A DNA stretch of 64,000 nucleotides from assembly GCF_035084215.1 (NCBI RefSeq), contig NW_027139558.1, positions 1 to 64,000 of the forward strand, given 5' to 3'. Numbering within the stretch: position 1 is the stretch's first letter; each line of letters opens with the position of its first letter. Below, in pieces: positions 26,891 through 38,270 of the stretch. The notes under the pieces were generated by a model that saw only the letters and a program-made list of their open reading frames with translations, was not told the origin of the DNA and searched no databases. The translations under genes and the position numbers were made by a program. Source of the stretch: Heptranchias perlo. Taxonomy: Eukaryota.

Positions 26891-27048
26891 CTGTGAACAT
26901 TGGTACCGTCTCTGGAACTCCTCCAAATATTAAATCTCACACCCTGAAGATTCCCATGAATATATTTTTACCATCCCCGTTCCCCCTATAATTATATCTC
27001 CCATCCCGGGGATCCCCTCTAATTTTTAAGCTGGATATCGAGGCTTAC

Positions 27049-27120
27049 AATCAACTCGAACAGCAGCGAGTGTGGGTCACGAAATAACCAGGGCAGTAAT
27101 GCACTGAAATATGGTGTGAA
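27049..27120 (-). pseudogene. Degenerate duplicate of the 3' end of GPCR exon 1 (pseudo-exon)
   Basis: Minus strand translates ...ALVIS*PTLAAVRVD|gtaagcctc versus the real ...IQVIYYPLLAAVGVT|gtaagcctc 201 bp away. Confidence 0.6.
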
Positions 27121-27249
27121 GAATTAATAACTGGATAGAGAGACTTCCCAGTATCTCCAACAGAGGCAAGTGTGGGACCTTTAAATGACAAGAATAATAA
27201 TCCATTGAAATATGCTTTATAGAATTAATAATTGGGTTTTGAGGCTTAC

Positions 27250-27496
27250 CAGTGACACCGACAGCAGCGAGGAGGGGATAGTAAATTACTTGTATCCCCA
27301 GAAGCACATATCTTATCCGTTCGCTTACTGATATTGAATCATAATCCTCAAACAGATATTGAATCATCCAGAATGTACTGCTGTCATCTATCCTTCCCAG
27401 ATTACGACCCAGTGTTGTAACATTACAATCTATCCTTCCCAGAATACGACCCAGTGTTGTGACATTACAATCTATTATTCCCAGATTCTGATCCAT
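27250..27496 (-). CDS. Class A GPCR, GPR139/GPR142-like, coding exon 1 (N-terminus and first half of TM1)
   Basis: ATG at 27496; 82 codons plus 1 nt ending IYYPLLAAVGVT, then a GTAAG donor (27249-27245); splicing to 4682 gives a continuous TM1 YYPLLAAVGVTVNLLTIVIL and 381 aa. Confidence 0.85.
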
Positions 27497-27708
27497 TGCC
27501 GATCCCGATCTATTCTTTCCCTCTCTCTGATCCCTGTTAGTGCCGGAGGTGATGCTCCCACTGACACTCTGTGATAACACGGTGAAAGGAGTCGCTTATT
27601 TCTCGCAGAGAGAAACACTCCAGTGACACAATTAGGGCCCATGGAGACTGACATTAATTACAGTCACTGAACAAACAGATTCAGTTCGAACAACTTTAAA
27701 CCCCACAC

Positions 27709-27716
27709 TTTTTATA
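27709..27716 (-). promoter_or_regulatory. Candidate TATA box of the GPCR gene
   Basis: TATAAAAA on the minus strand about 210 bp upstream of the ATG; position is the only support. Confidence 0.3.
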
Positions 27717-28167
27717 TCACAACATATATTTAACCAAATATTACACAGATTGAAAGCCCAAAGCCCAGTGTATTATTTGAATAAATATTTGGAAGAGCAG
27801 AAACTATGAGACCCTCAGTCTGACAGCACTGATGTGAAGGGAGAACAGTTTCATTTACAGACTGCAGATTTTTTTGTTCATACAATACAGTTGTCATATC
27901 ACATTCCAAACGTACACAATACAGATCATACAATTTGCAGGTTACATCAAGTACAGTTCAATGAAGACATTGGACATAATTACAGTTCATGACACTCGAG
28001 GGTGCCTCATTGCATTCCACTCAATACAGATTATTGATAACAGGTACGCAACAGATTATTTCTGAGTGAAATCCTTTAATTTCAGAGAGTTTCTCCCCAC
28101 TTCTCGAGGGTTGGGTTTCCAATCAGAGATGGAAACTGAACCATTTTACAAGTCAGTGTGGAGACCA

Positions 28168-28275
28168 CCCTGTGAATATTGGGGCAATCTCTGGATACCC
28201 CGGTCAATATTGGCAAGTCTATGGGTCCTCCTGGAAATATTGGGGCAGTCTCTGGATCTCCCTGTAAATATTCTT
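28168..28275. repeat. Degenerate relic (about 3 units) of the 30-bp minisatellite upstream of GPCR exon 1
   Basis: cctgtgaatattggggcaatctctggatacc...gcagtctctggatctccctgtaaatatt. Confidence 0.65.
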
Positions 28276-28479
28276 ACATACTGCAGAAGCCACACTAAAG
28301 GCAGCTGGTTCCTTGTGATAACAACCGTGGGCCACTGGGTGTCGGTGTAACAGCACCAGATGTCGAGGGGCTGCTGGGGGTGTCAGTGAAATGACAGCAC
28401 AGGAGGAGCCCCCTGCGACAGAGGGGCCTGAGCCAGTGGGAGCTCTCCAAATGGGTCTGTCTGCCTCGAAAAGAGGCAG

Positions 28480-28968
28480 ACAGAGGAAGGCCAGGGAATG
28501 GGTTAAACAGTTCGTAACTCATTGACAGTGAGGAGCTTTCCGACATCGAGAGAATGTGAAGGGGATTTTATAAATATCGTACTGTCTCTCCCTCTGTCTG
28601 CCGATGTTTGTCTCTTTCTCTCACTCTCTCTGTCTCTCTCACTCTCACAATCTCTCACACTCTTTGTATCTTTGTCTCACTCTCTCTGTTTCCCAATCTC
28701 TCTTAGTCTCTTTCTCACACTCTCTGTCTCCCTCACTCTCTTGGTCTCTCTCCATCTCTCTCTCATTCTCTCACTCCCTCTGTCTCTCTCACTCTCTCCA
28801 TCATTTTCATTCTGTCCCCCTCACTGTCTGCTTCTGTCTCTCTCACACTCTCGCTCTCTCTCCTGCTGCATCTCTCACTCTAATTCTCTCTCTGTCTGTG
28901 GGTATCCAAAAAAATTTATGAAATAAAGTAACATTTGGGAGAAAAATCAACCTCATTCATTCTACACG
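28480..28968 (+). repeat. Diverged tandem duplication, copy 1 (copy 2 at about 31037-31415)
   Basis: Both copies share ctcattgacagtgaggagctttccgaca...atgtgaaggggattttataaat, a CT tract and aacctcattcattctaca, and both are followed by the 35-bp array. Confidence 0.85.
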
Positions 28969-30170
28969 TTGAGGACTGGGTCCGGTTCTGGTCAGACTGC
29001 ACCTTGAGGACTGGGTCCAGTTCTGGTCAGACTGCACCTTGAGGACTGGGTCCAGTTCTGGTCAGACTGCACCTTGAGGACTGGGTCCAGTTCTGGTCAG
29101 ACTGCACCTTGAGGACTGGGCCCAGTTCTGGTCAGACTGCACCTTGAGGACTGGGTCCAGTTCTGGTCAGACTGCACCTTGAGGACTGGGTCCAGTTCTG
29201 GTCAGACTGCACCTTGAGGACTGGGTCCAGTTCTGGTCAGACTGCACCTTGAGGACTGGGTCCAGTTCTGGTCAGACTGCACCTTGAGGACTGGGTCCAG
29301 TTCTGGTCAGACTGCACCTTGAGGACTGGGTCCAGTTCTGGTCAGACTGCACCTTGAGAACTGGGTCCAGTTCTGGTGGGACTGCACCTTGAGGACTGGG
29401 TCCAGTTCTGGTGGGACTGCACCTTGAGGACTGGGTCCAGTTCTGGTCAGACTGCACCTTGAGGACTGGGTCCAGTTCTGGTTGGACTACATCTTGAGGA
29501 CTGGGTCCAGTTCTGGTCAGACTGCACCTTGAGGACTGGGTCCAGTTCTGGTGGGACTGCACCTTGAGGACTGGGTCCAGTTCTGGTTGGACTACATCTT
29601 GAGGACTGGGTCCAGTTCTGGTGGGACTGCACCTTGAGGACTGGGTCCAGTTCTGGTCGGACTACATCTTGAGGACTGGGTCCAGTTCTGGTCAGACTGC
29701 ACCTTGAGGACTGGGTCCAGTTCTGGTCGGACTACATCTTGAGGACTGGGTCCAGTTCTGGTCAGACTGCACCTTGAGGACTGGGTCCAGTTCTGGTGGG
29801 ACTGCACCTTGAGGACTGGGTCCAGTTCTGGTGGGACTGCACCTTGAGGACTGGGTCCAGTTCTGGTCGGACTACATCTTGAGGACTGGGTCCAGTTCTG
29901 GTCAGACTGCACCTTGAGGACTGGGTCCAGTTCTGGTGGGACTGCACCTTGAGGACTGGGTCCAGTTCTGGTCGGACTACATCTTGAGGACTGGGTCCAG
30001 TTCTGGTCAGACTGCACCTTGAGGACTGGGTCCAGTTCTGGTGGGACTGCACCTTGAGGACTGGGTCCAGTTCTGGTCAGACTGCACCTTGAGGACTGGG
30101 TCCAGTTCTGGTCAGACTGCACCTTGAGGACTGGGTCCATGTACTGGGAAGACTGCAACTTGAGGACTGG
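28969..30170. repeat. 35-bp minisatellite (about 34 units; ttgaggactgggtccagttctggtcagactgcacc)
   Basis: Directly visible. Confidence 0.97.
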
Positions 30171-31030
30171 AGAGAGTGGAGCAGTGGGATTAGTGTGAGA
30201 TTGATACAGGACTATGGGGAGAGAGTGGGGCAGTGGGATTAGTTTTGCATTGATGAAGGGCTATGTGGAGAGAGTGGGGCAGTGGGATTAGTGTGAGATT
30301 GATACAGGACTATGAGCAAAGAGTGGGGCAGTGGGATTAGTGTGAGATTGATACAGGACTGTGGGGATATAATGGGGCAGTGGGATTAGTGTGAGATTGA
30401 TACAGGACTATGGGGAGATTGTGGGGAATTGGGATCAGTTTGAGATTGACACAGGACTATGGGGAGAGAGTGGGTCAGTGGGATCAGAGTGAGATTGATA
30501 CAGGATTATGGGGAGAGAGTGGGGCAGTGGGATTAAGGTGAGATTGATTCTGGACTATGGGGAGAGAGTGGGGCAGTGGGATTATTGTGAGATTGATACA
30601 GGACTATGGGGAGAGAGTGGGGCAGTGGGATTAAGGTGAGATTGATTCTGGACTATGGGGAGAGAGTGGGGCAGTGGGATTATTGTGAGATTGATACAGG
30701 ACTATGGGGAGAGAGTGGGGCAGTGGGATTAGTGTGAGATTGATACAGGGCTATGGGGAGAGAGTGGGGCAGTGGGAATAGTGTGAGATTGATACAGGAC
30801 TATGGGGAGAGAGCGGGGCAGTGGGATTAGTGTGAGATTGATACAGGACGATGGGGAGAGAGTGGGGCAGTGGGATTAGTGTGAAATTGATACAGGACGA
30901 TGGGGTGAGAGCGGGGCAGTGGGATTAGTGTGAGATTGATACAGTATTATGGGGAGGGAGTGGGGCAGTGGGATTAGCTCCAGATTGATACGGGGCTATG
31001 GGGAGCAGGTGGGGCAGTGGGATTAGTGTG
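30171..31030. repeat. 49-bp minisatellite (about 17 units; gtggggcagtgggattagtgtgagattgatacaggactatggggagaga)
   Basis: Directly visible; period of 49 measured between 30181 and 30230. Confidence 0.95.
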
Positions 31031-31415
31031 GGACAGACAGAGAAAGGGCCGGGATTCGGTGAAACAGTTAGTTGCTCATTGACAGTGAGGAGCTTTCCGA
31101 CACCTCGAGGATGTGAAGGGGATTTTATAAATAAAATCTCTCACTCCCTCTGTCTCTCTCACTCTCTCTGTCTCTCTCACTCTGTCTCGTTCATTCTCTC
31201 TTTCTCTCACTCCCTCTGTCTTTCTCACTCTCCAGTCTTTTTTACTCTGTCGTCCTCACTGTCCGCTTCGCGCTCTCACTCACTCTCGCTCTCTCTCCTG
31301 CTGCCTCTCTCTCTCACTCGAATTCTCTCCCTCTCTCTCTCTCTCTGTATCCGTAAATTTTCAGAAATAATGTAAAATTTGTGAATAAAAAATCAAACCT
31401 CATTCATTCTACAAC

Positions 31416-31779
31416 TTGAGGACTGGGTCCAGTTCTGGTCAGACTGCACCTTGAGGACTGGGTCCAGTTCTGGTCAGACTGCACCTTGAGGACTGGGTCC
31501 AGTTCTGGTCAGACTGCACCTTGAGGACTGGGTCCAGTTCTGGTCAGACTGCACCTTGAGGACTGGGTCCAGTTCTGATCAGACTGCACCTTGAGGACTG
31601 GGTCCAGTTCTGGTCAGACTGCACCTTGAGGACTGGGTCCAGTTCTGATCAGACTGCACCTTGAGGACTGGGTCCAGTTCTGATCAGACTGCACCTTGAG
31701 GACTGGGTCCAGTTATGGTCAGACTGCACCTTGAGGACTGGGTCCAGTTCTGGTCAGACTGCATCTTGAGGACTGGGTC
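31416..31779. repeat. 35-bp minisatellite, second array (about 10 units)
   Basis: Same unit as 28969-30170. Confidence 0.97.
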
Positions 31780-31980
31780 AATTTCTTGTCACCGAGATAC
31801 CAGGGAGACAATCGACTGCTGGAGGAAGCACAGAGAAGAGTCTCGAGGCAGCTCCCCAGTATCAGGGGCGGGTCTGAGTAATGAGGAAAGACTGGAGAGA
31901 CTTGGGCTTCTGAGAGTGGATGTGAAGTGTGTGAGAGGAGACCTTGGAGAGGGATACAAGATAGGAAAGGGACAGGAAAT
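31780..31980 (+). mobile_element. Degenerate CR1 LINE 3' ORF2 fragment contiguous with the 35-bp array
   Basis: LSNEERLERLGLL...VRGDLGEGYKI matches the CR1 C-terminal pattern also seen at 58190-58270 (ERLNGLGLF...LRGDLIEVFKI). Confidence 0.75.
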
Positions 31981-31994
31981 GACTTTATATTAAA

Positions 31995-33027
31995 TTCCCT
32001 CACACTGTGTACGGTCCCACACTGTAACTGTGTTTATGTACAGTTCCCTCACTCTGTGTATTCCCACACTGTAACTGTGTTTATGTACAGTTCCCTCACT
32101 CTGTGTATTCCCACACTGTAACTGTGTTTATGAACAGTTACCTCACTCTGTGTATTCCCACACTGTAACTGTGTTTATGTACAGTTCCCTCACTCTGTGT
32201 ATTCCCACACTGTAACTGTGTTTATGTACAGTTCCCTCACTCTGTGTATTCCCACACTGTAACTGTGTTTATGTACAGTTCCCTCACTCTGTGTATTCCC
32301 ACACTGTAACTGTGTTTATGTACAGTTCCCTCACTCTGTGTATTCCCACACTGTAACTGTGTTTATGTACAGTTCCCTCACTCTGTGTATTCCCACACTG
32401 TAACTGTGTTTATGTACAGTTCCCTCACTCTGTGTATTCCCACACTGTAACTGTGTTTATGTACAGTTCCCTCACTCTGTGTATTCCCACACTGTAACTG
32501 TGTTTATGTACAGTTCCCTCACTCTGTGTATTCCCACACTGTAACTGTGTTTATGTACAGTTCCCTCACTCTGTGTATTCCCACACTGTAACTGTGTTTA
32601 TGTACAGTTCCCTCACTCTGTGTATTCCCACACTGTAACTGTGTTTATGTACAGTTCCCTCACTCTGTGTATTCCCACACTGTAACTGTGTTTATGTACA
32701 GTTCCCTCACTCTGTGTATTCCCACACTGTAACTGTGTTTATGTACAGTTCCCTCACTCTGTGTATTCCCACACTGTAACTGTGTTTATGTACAGTTCCC
32801 TCACTCTGTGTATTCCCACACTGTAACTGTGTTTATGTACAGTTCCCTCACTCTGTGTATTCCCACACTGTAACTGTGTTTATGGACAGTTCCCTCACTC
32901 TGTGTATTCCCACACTGTAACTGTGTTTATGTACAGTTCCCTCACTCTGTGTATTCCCACACTGTAACTGTGTTTATGTACAGTTCCCTCACTCTGTGTA
33001 TTCCCACACTGTAACTGTGTTTATGTT
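31995..33027. repeat. 47-bp minisatellite (about 22 nearly identical units; ttccctcactctgtgtattcccacactgtaactgtgtttatgtacag)
   Basis: Directly visible and very homogeneous. Confidence 0.97.
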
Positions 33028-33124
33028 GAATTCTCCGGTCCGTTATTTTGATAAACTGACCAACACCCTCACACTGTGAAGAGTAAAATTTGCTGCCCAA
33101 TAACCCAATTTCTTATCCGCACCT

Positions 33125-33515
33125 GCGGCTGGAAGACCATTAACTCGGTGAAGGAGGCCCTTTGGCCCGTCTGAAACCTGCTGGCCTTCCAGCTGAAGGA
33201 GCTGTCCACAACCGAGTGTTGCCAACTGGCACACTCCAAGGTCCAGGAGTACATGCTGCGGGACGCACTGAGGCAAGGTGCGGCCTACGCAACGGCTGTA
33301 TGGGGAGAGGCCACCGTGTGAGGTCACCCCACCCTGTATCGTACACCATGAATCATAAGAAATGGACTGTGTTTGAATTGTAACATTGGGATCGTATTGT
33401 GTACGATCTGTATTGTATTAGTTTGAATTGTACTGGTTTGGAATTGTGATATTTACATTGAACTGAGTATCTTTAAATTCTATAAAATAAAGTATATTTT
33501 AAAATTTCAATAAAG
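33125..33515 (+). mobile_element. Tx1/L1-type LINE 3' end (ORF2 C-terminus, 3' UTR, AATAAA)
   Basis: WKTINSVKEALWPV*NLLAFQLKELSTTECCQLAHSKVQEYMLRDAL...VWGEATV* followed by an AT-rich tail. Confidence 0.65.
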
Positions 33516-33895
33516 TTTTTGTTCTGAGAGTCTGTCTCCGTTCGGTAAATATAAACCTGTTTATTGGTGCAATGGACAAAATCACAACTGTATTTCCATA
33601 TCTAAAGCCGCCTGCTTATTCTTTTTAGTAACAAGGCCCCTGTGGGAGGTCCCCCTGCTCAGAATAAGCCTGGCTGTGAAATCTGAGAGGAAGTGGAAGG
33701 AGAAGCAACCAGACTTGATGTTATCGTTGAGTTTCGAACATCTGTCAACTGGTAATAACAAATAGTCACTGTGCTTCGAGTAAACCAAGGGCTGGAGAGT
33801 GAGAAGCTTCTCAAGCTTTCATTCAGGGTTAATTCCAACACCTGAACCTGCCAGTTGTCTGTTACACAACAAGCAAACATTCCACATTTCAACTA

Positions 33896-35331
33896 CTCCC
33901 TCAACACTGTCCCATCAAACAGTCCCAGGGCAGGTCCAGGGTTAGATACAGAGTAAAGCTGCCTCTGCACTGTCCCATCAAACACTCCCAGGGCAGGTCC
34001 AGCACGGGTTAGATATAGAGTAAAGCTCCCTCAACACTGTCCCATCAAACATTCCCAGGGCAAGTACAGCATGGGTTGGATACAGAGCAAATCTCCCTCG
34101 ACACTGTCCCATCAAACACTCCCAGGGCAAGTACAGCACGGGTTCGATACAGAGTAAAGCTCCCTCTGCACTGTCCCATCAAACACTCCCAGGGCAAGTC
34201 CAGCACGGGTTAGATACAGAGGAAAGTTCCCGATACACTGTCCCATGAAACACTCCCAGGGCAGGTCCAGCACGGGCTAGATACTGAGGAAAGTTCCCTC
34301 TACACTGACCCATCAAACATTCCCAGCACAGGTACAGCACGAGTTAGATACAGAGTAAAGCTCCCTCGACACTATCCCATCAAACACTCCCAGGGCAGGT
34401 ACAGCACGGGTAAGATACAGACTAAAGCTCCCTCGACACTGTCCCATCAAACACTCCCATGCAGCTACAGCACGGGTTCGAAACAGAGTAAAGCTCCCTC
34501 TACACTGTCCCATCAAACACTCCCAGGGCAGGAACAGCACGGGCTATGAACAGAGTAAAGCTCCCTCCACTCTGTCCCATCAAACACTCCCAGGGCAGGA
34601 ACAGCACAGGTTCGATACAGAGTAAAGCTCCCTCTGCAGTGTCCCATCAAACACTCCCAGGGCAGGTGCAGCACGGGTTAGTAACAGAGCAAATCTCCCT
34701 CTGCACTGTCCCATCAAACACTCCCAGGGCAAGTACAGCATGGGTTGGATACAGAGTAAAGCTCCCTCTGCACTGTCCCATCAACCATTCCCAGGGCAGG
34801 TACAGCACGGGTTAGATACAGAGTAAAGCTCCCTCGACACAGTCCCATCAAACAATCCCAGTACAGGTACAGCACGGGTTAGATACAGAGTAAAGCTCCC
34901 TCTACACTGTCCCATCAAACACTCCCAGGACAGGTGCAGCACGGGTTAGATGCAGAGTAAAGCTCCCCCTGTGCTGTCCCATCAAACATTCCCAGGGCAG
35001 GTACAGCACGGATTAGATACAGAGTAAAGCTCCCTCGACACAGTCCCATCAAACACTCCCAGAGCAGGTACAGGGTTTGATACAGAGTAAAGCTCCCTTT
35101 ACACTGTCCCATCAAACACTCCCAGGGCAGGTACAGGGTTAGATACAGAGTAAAGCTCCCTCTACACTGTCCCGTCAAACACTCCCAGGGCAGGTACAGG
35201 GTTAGATACAGAGTAAAGCTCCCTTTACACTGTCCCATCAAACACTCCCAGGGCAGGTACAGGGTTTGATACAGAGTAAAGCTCCCTCTACACTGTCCCA
35301 TCAAACACTCCCAGGGCAGGTACAGCACGGG
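33896..35331. repeat. 67-bp (and 62-bp variant) minisatellite, array 1 (about 21 units)
   Basis: ctccctctacactgtcccatcaaacactcccagggcaggtacagcacgggttagatacagagtaaag; same family and orientation as 60599-61748. Confidence 0.96.
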
Positions 35332-35339
35332 TCCGATCC

Positions 35340-35575
35340 AGAGTATAGAAGGAGTCGAGAGGTGGTGGTGAGGTGGAGCTGGGTATCGTCAGTGTACATG
35401 TGGAACGTGATGTCATGTCTTCGGATGATATCACCGAGGGGCAGCATGTAGATGAGAAATGGGAGGGGGCCAAGGGTAGATCCTTGGGGGACTCCAGAGG
35501 TAACGGTGCGGGGGTGGGAAGAGACGCCATTGCAGGTGATTCTCTGGCTACGACTGGAGAGATCAGAATGGAACC
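35340..35575 (-). mobile_element. L2-clade LINE RT fragment
   Basis: Minus strand encodes GVPQGSTLGPLPFLIYMLPLGDIIRRHDITFHMYTDDTQLHL. Confidence 0.8.
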
Positions 35576-35639
35576 CTTGGGAAACACACTTGGGAACGGA
35601 CGGTCATTGAACTGTTCCACACACACTCCTTAAACCACA

Positions 35640-36410
35640 TCATAGAATCAGAGAATGATACAGCACTGGGAGAGGCCATTCGGACCATCGTGCCTGTGCT
35701 GGCTCTTTGGACGAGCGATCCAATCAGTCCCACTCCCCCTGCTCGTTCCCCCGTAGCCCTGCAAATTTTCCCCCTTCAAGTATTTATCCAATTCCCTTTT
35801 GAAAGTTATTATTGAATCTGCTTCCACCGCCCTTTCAGGCCGTGAATTCCAGATCATCACAACTCGCTGCGTAAAAAAATGTTTCCTCATCTCCCCCTCT
35901 GGTTCTTTCACCGATTACCGTAAATCTGTGTCCTCTGGTTACCTTATTTACTCTGTTAAAACCCTTCATGATTTTGAACACCTCGATCAAATCTCCCCTT
36001 AACCTTCTCTGCTCTCAGGAGAACAACCCCAGTTTCTCCAGTCTCTCCACATCACTGAAGCCCCTCATCCCTGGAACCATTCTAGTAAATCTCTTCTGCA
36101 CCCTCTCCAAGGCCTTGACATCCTTCCTAAAGTGTGGGGCCCAGAATTGGCCACAATACTCCAGCTGGGGCCCTAACCAGTGTTTTACAAAGGTTCAGCA
36201 TAACTTCCTTGCTTTTGTACTCTATGCCTCGAGTTATAAAGCCCAGGATCCCGTCTGTCTTTTTAACAGCCTTCTCAACTTGTCCTGCCACCTTCAAAGA
36301 TTTGTGTACACACCCCCCCCAGGTCTCTCTGTTCCTGAACCCCCTTTAAAATTGGACCATTTAGTTAATGTTGCCTCTCCTCACTCTTCCGACCAAAATG
36401 AATCACTCGC
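35640..36410 (-). mobile_element. CR1 LINE 3' end
   Basis: RKHFFTQRVVMIWNSRPERAVEADSIITFKRELDKYL plus the typical 3' UTR ending in a (t)tctatg-type tail. Confidence 0.88.
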
Positions 36411-37331
36411 TGGTTAGTCGAGCTCGGGGCAGCCTTGGGTTGTTCTGGGCAAGACTTCCCAACACGGCCTGACTGAGGTGTGGGGTAAACAGTGAAGGAG
36501 GCAACAGGATGGGAAACACAGGGGAGGGGCATCCAAGGCTGGGGAACACTTTCAGCTCAGAAACAATTTGCTGGATGTGGACCCGGCCCAGTCAGCAAAC
36601 ACTGAGTGCGGTTTCCATCAATCATTGCTGACGGGGTGAGTTTAGTTCTGGGTGTGTGTCGCTGCGTGTTGCTGATAAGGCCTCGGTCTAAACAGGCTCT
36701 TCCGCTGTTTATCTCAAACGGAGCAGCAGACCGGCTCTGTGAGCAAACCCACTGAGCTGTGTTCGGGGGCCGGTCAGTAAAATCGAACGGAACCCCTCCT
36801 GGTTCTGAGCCCCCTGTACAGCTCTGGAAATCAGGAACAGAGACTGGAGGAGAAACTGTGAGACTGGAATGGGGAACGTTCCACAAAATGATTCAAGTAT
36901 ACAGAGAGAGAGATTTTATAAATATATATATCAATATAGAAAGAGAGAGAGATGGAGATAGACAGAGTGGGGGATAGATAGACTGCTGGAGATATAGGAC
37001 CAATACTATAGATGGTGTTACTGGTGTGGGTGTGTTATTCAGACATCTGATGGTGTTACATAGAGAGAGAGAGATGGAGAGAGACAGAAGAGTGTTAGAT
37101 AGATATCGAGATAGAGAGATAAATAGATAGACAGACAGACTGCTGCTGGGATTGGACTAATACTGGACATTATTCTGGCCGCACTCCCGAAACCTTCACA
37201 CATGAATTTGAATCACTGGAACTTTCTGAAGCCGCTCTTTCCCGGGGCTCTGAGGTATTTCCCACTCCCCGCTAAAGACCCCCGCCCACTGTTGAGTTCG
37301 GGACAAACCTCCCCCCTCCTCTCCCTTTCCC

Positions 37332-37676
37332 NNNNNNNNNNNNNNNNNNNNNNNNNNNNNNNNNNNNNNNNNNNNNNNNNNNNNNNNNNNNNNNNNNNNN
37401 NNNNNNNNNNNNNNNNNNNNNNNNNNNNNNNNNNNNNNNNNNNNNNNNNNNNNNNNNNNNNNNNNNNNNNNNNNNNNNNNNNNNNNNNNNNNNNNNNNNN
37501 NNNNNNNNNNNNNNNNNNNNNNNNNNNNNNNNNNNNNNNNNNNNNNNNNNNNNNNNNNNNNNNNNNNNNNNNNNNNNNNNNNNNNNNNNNNNNNNNNNNN
37601 NNNNNNNNNNNNNNNNNNNNNNNNNNNNNNNNNNNNNNNNNNNNNNNNNNNNNNNNNNNNNNNNNNNNNNNNNNNN
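37332..37676. other. Assembly gap or masked bases (N run)
   Basis: Run of N. Confidence 0.99.
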
Positions 37677-38270
37677 TTTCCTGTTGGGGTTTGAAGGCCG
37701 AGCTCGCGAAGCCCGTCCTTCACTCACCTTCACTCACTCGGGCTCCTCCGTCCCGCAGTTGAACACCTTTTAAAATCACCTCAATCCATCAGAAAAAGGG
37801 AGGAGGGGAAAAGCAGAGTGGGTTTGAGGGGGAGAGGCCCCCCTTCACCCCCTCCCCTGTCCCACCCTCACCCCCTCCCCTGTCCCACCCCACCCCCTCA
37901 TTAAATAAAAAGGAGCAGAAACAGGAAGGCTGAGAAAGAAAGAAAGAGCTGAGAAAAAGATGAGAAGCAGGTCAGTGGTTTGGGCCCAGAGTTGTGTGGT
38001 GACAAGTGGCCCTGGGGTTTTTACCCAAGACAGGCCTCAGGCCCAAGTCATTGGCTCCACATGTTGAGGCAATGGTGCAGGCCGAGAGGTGCCCGGTATC
38101 GGGGAGCAGCAGCAGCAGGGAATCAAATCTCAGGCTCAGTAAGTACGGCCATCGTTTCTCTTCATCCATTTCGATTAGAATAACATTTCGCTGAATGTGG
38201 CCCAGGTCAAGTGAGGGGGTCTCGGATCAGAGCCCGTCACAGGGAATGAGATCAACTCCCCTCCTTTATA

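Noticed and set aside
22475-26926. 861-aa, 375-aa and similar repeat ORFs
   Set aside because: Same minisatellite artefact in the right array.
36640-36780. Paired GATA motifs (ctgataag, tttatct) as an enhancer
   Set aside because: Short motifs with no conservation or chromatin evidence available.
37196-37762. ORFs spanning N runs (also 58864-60240)
   Set aside because: Artefacts of undetermined bases.
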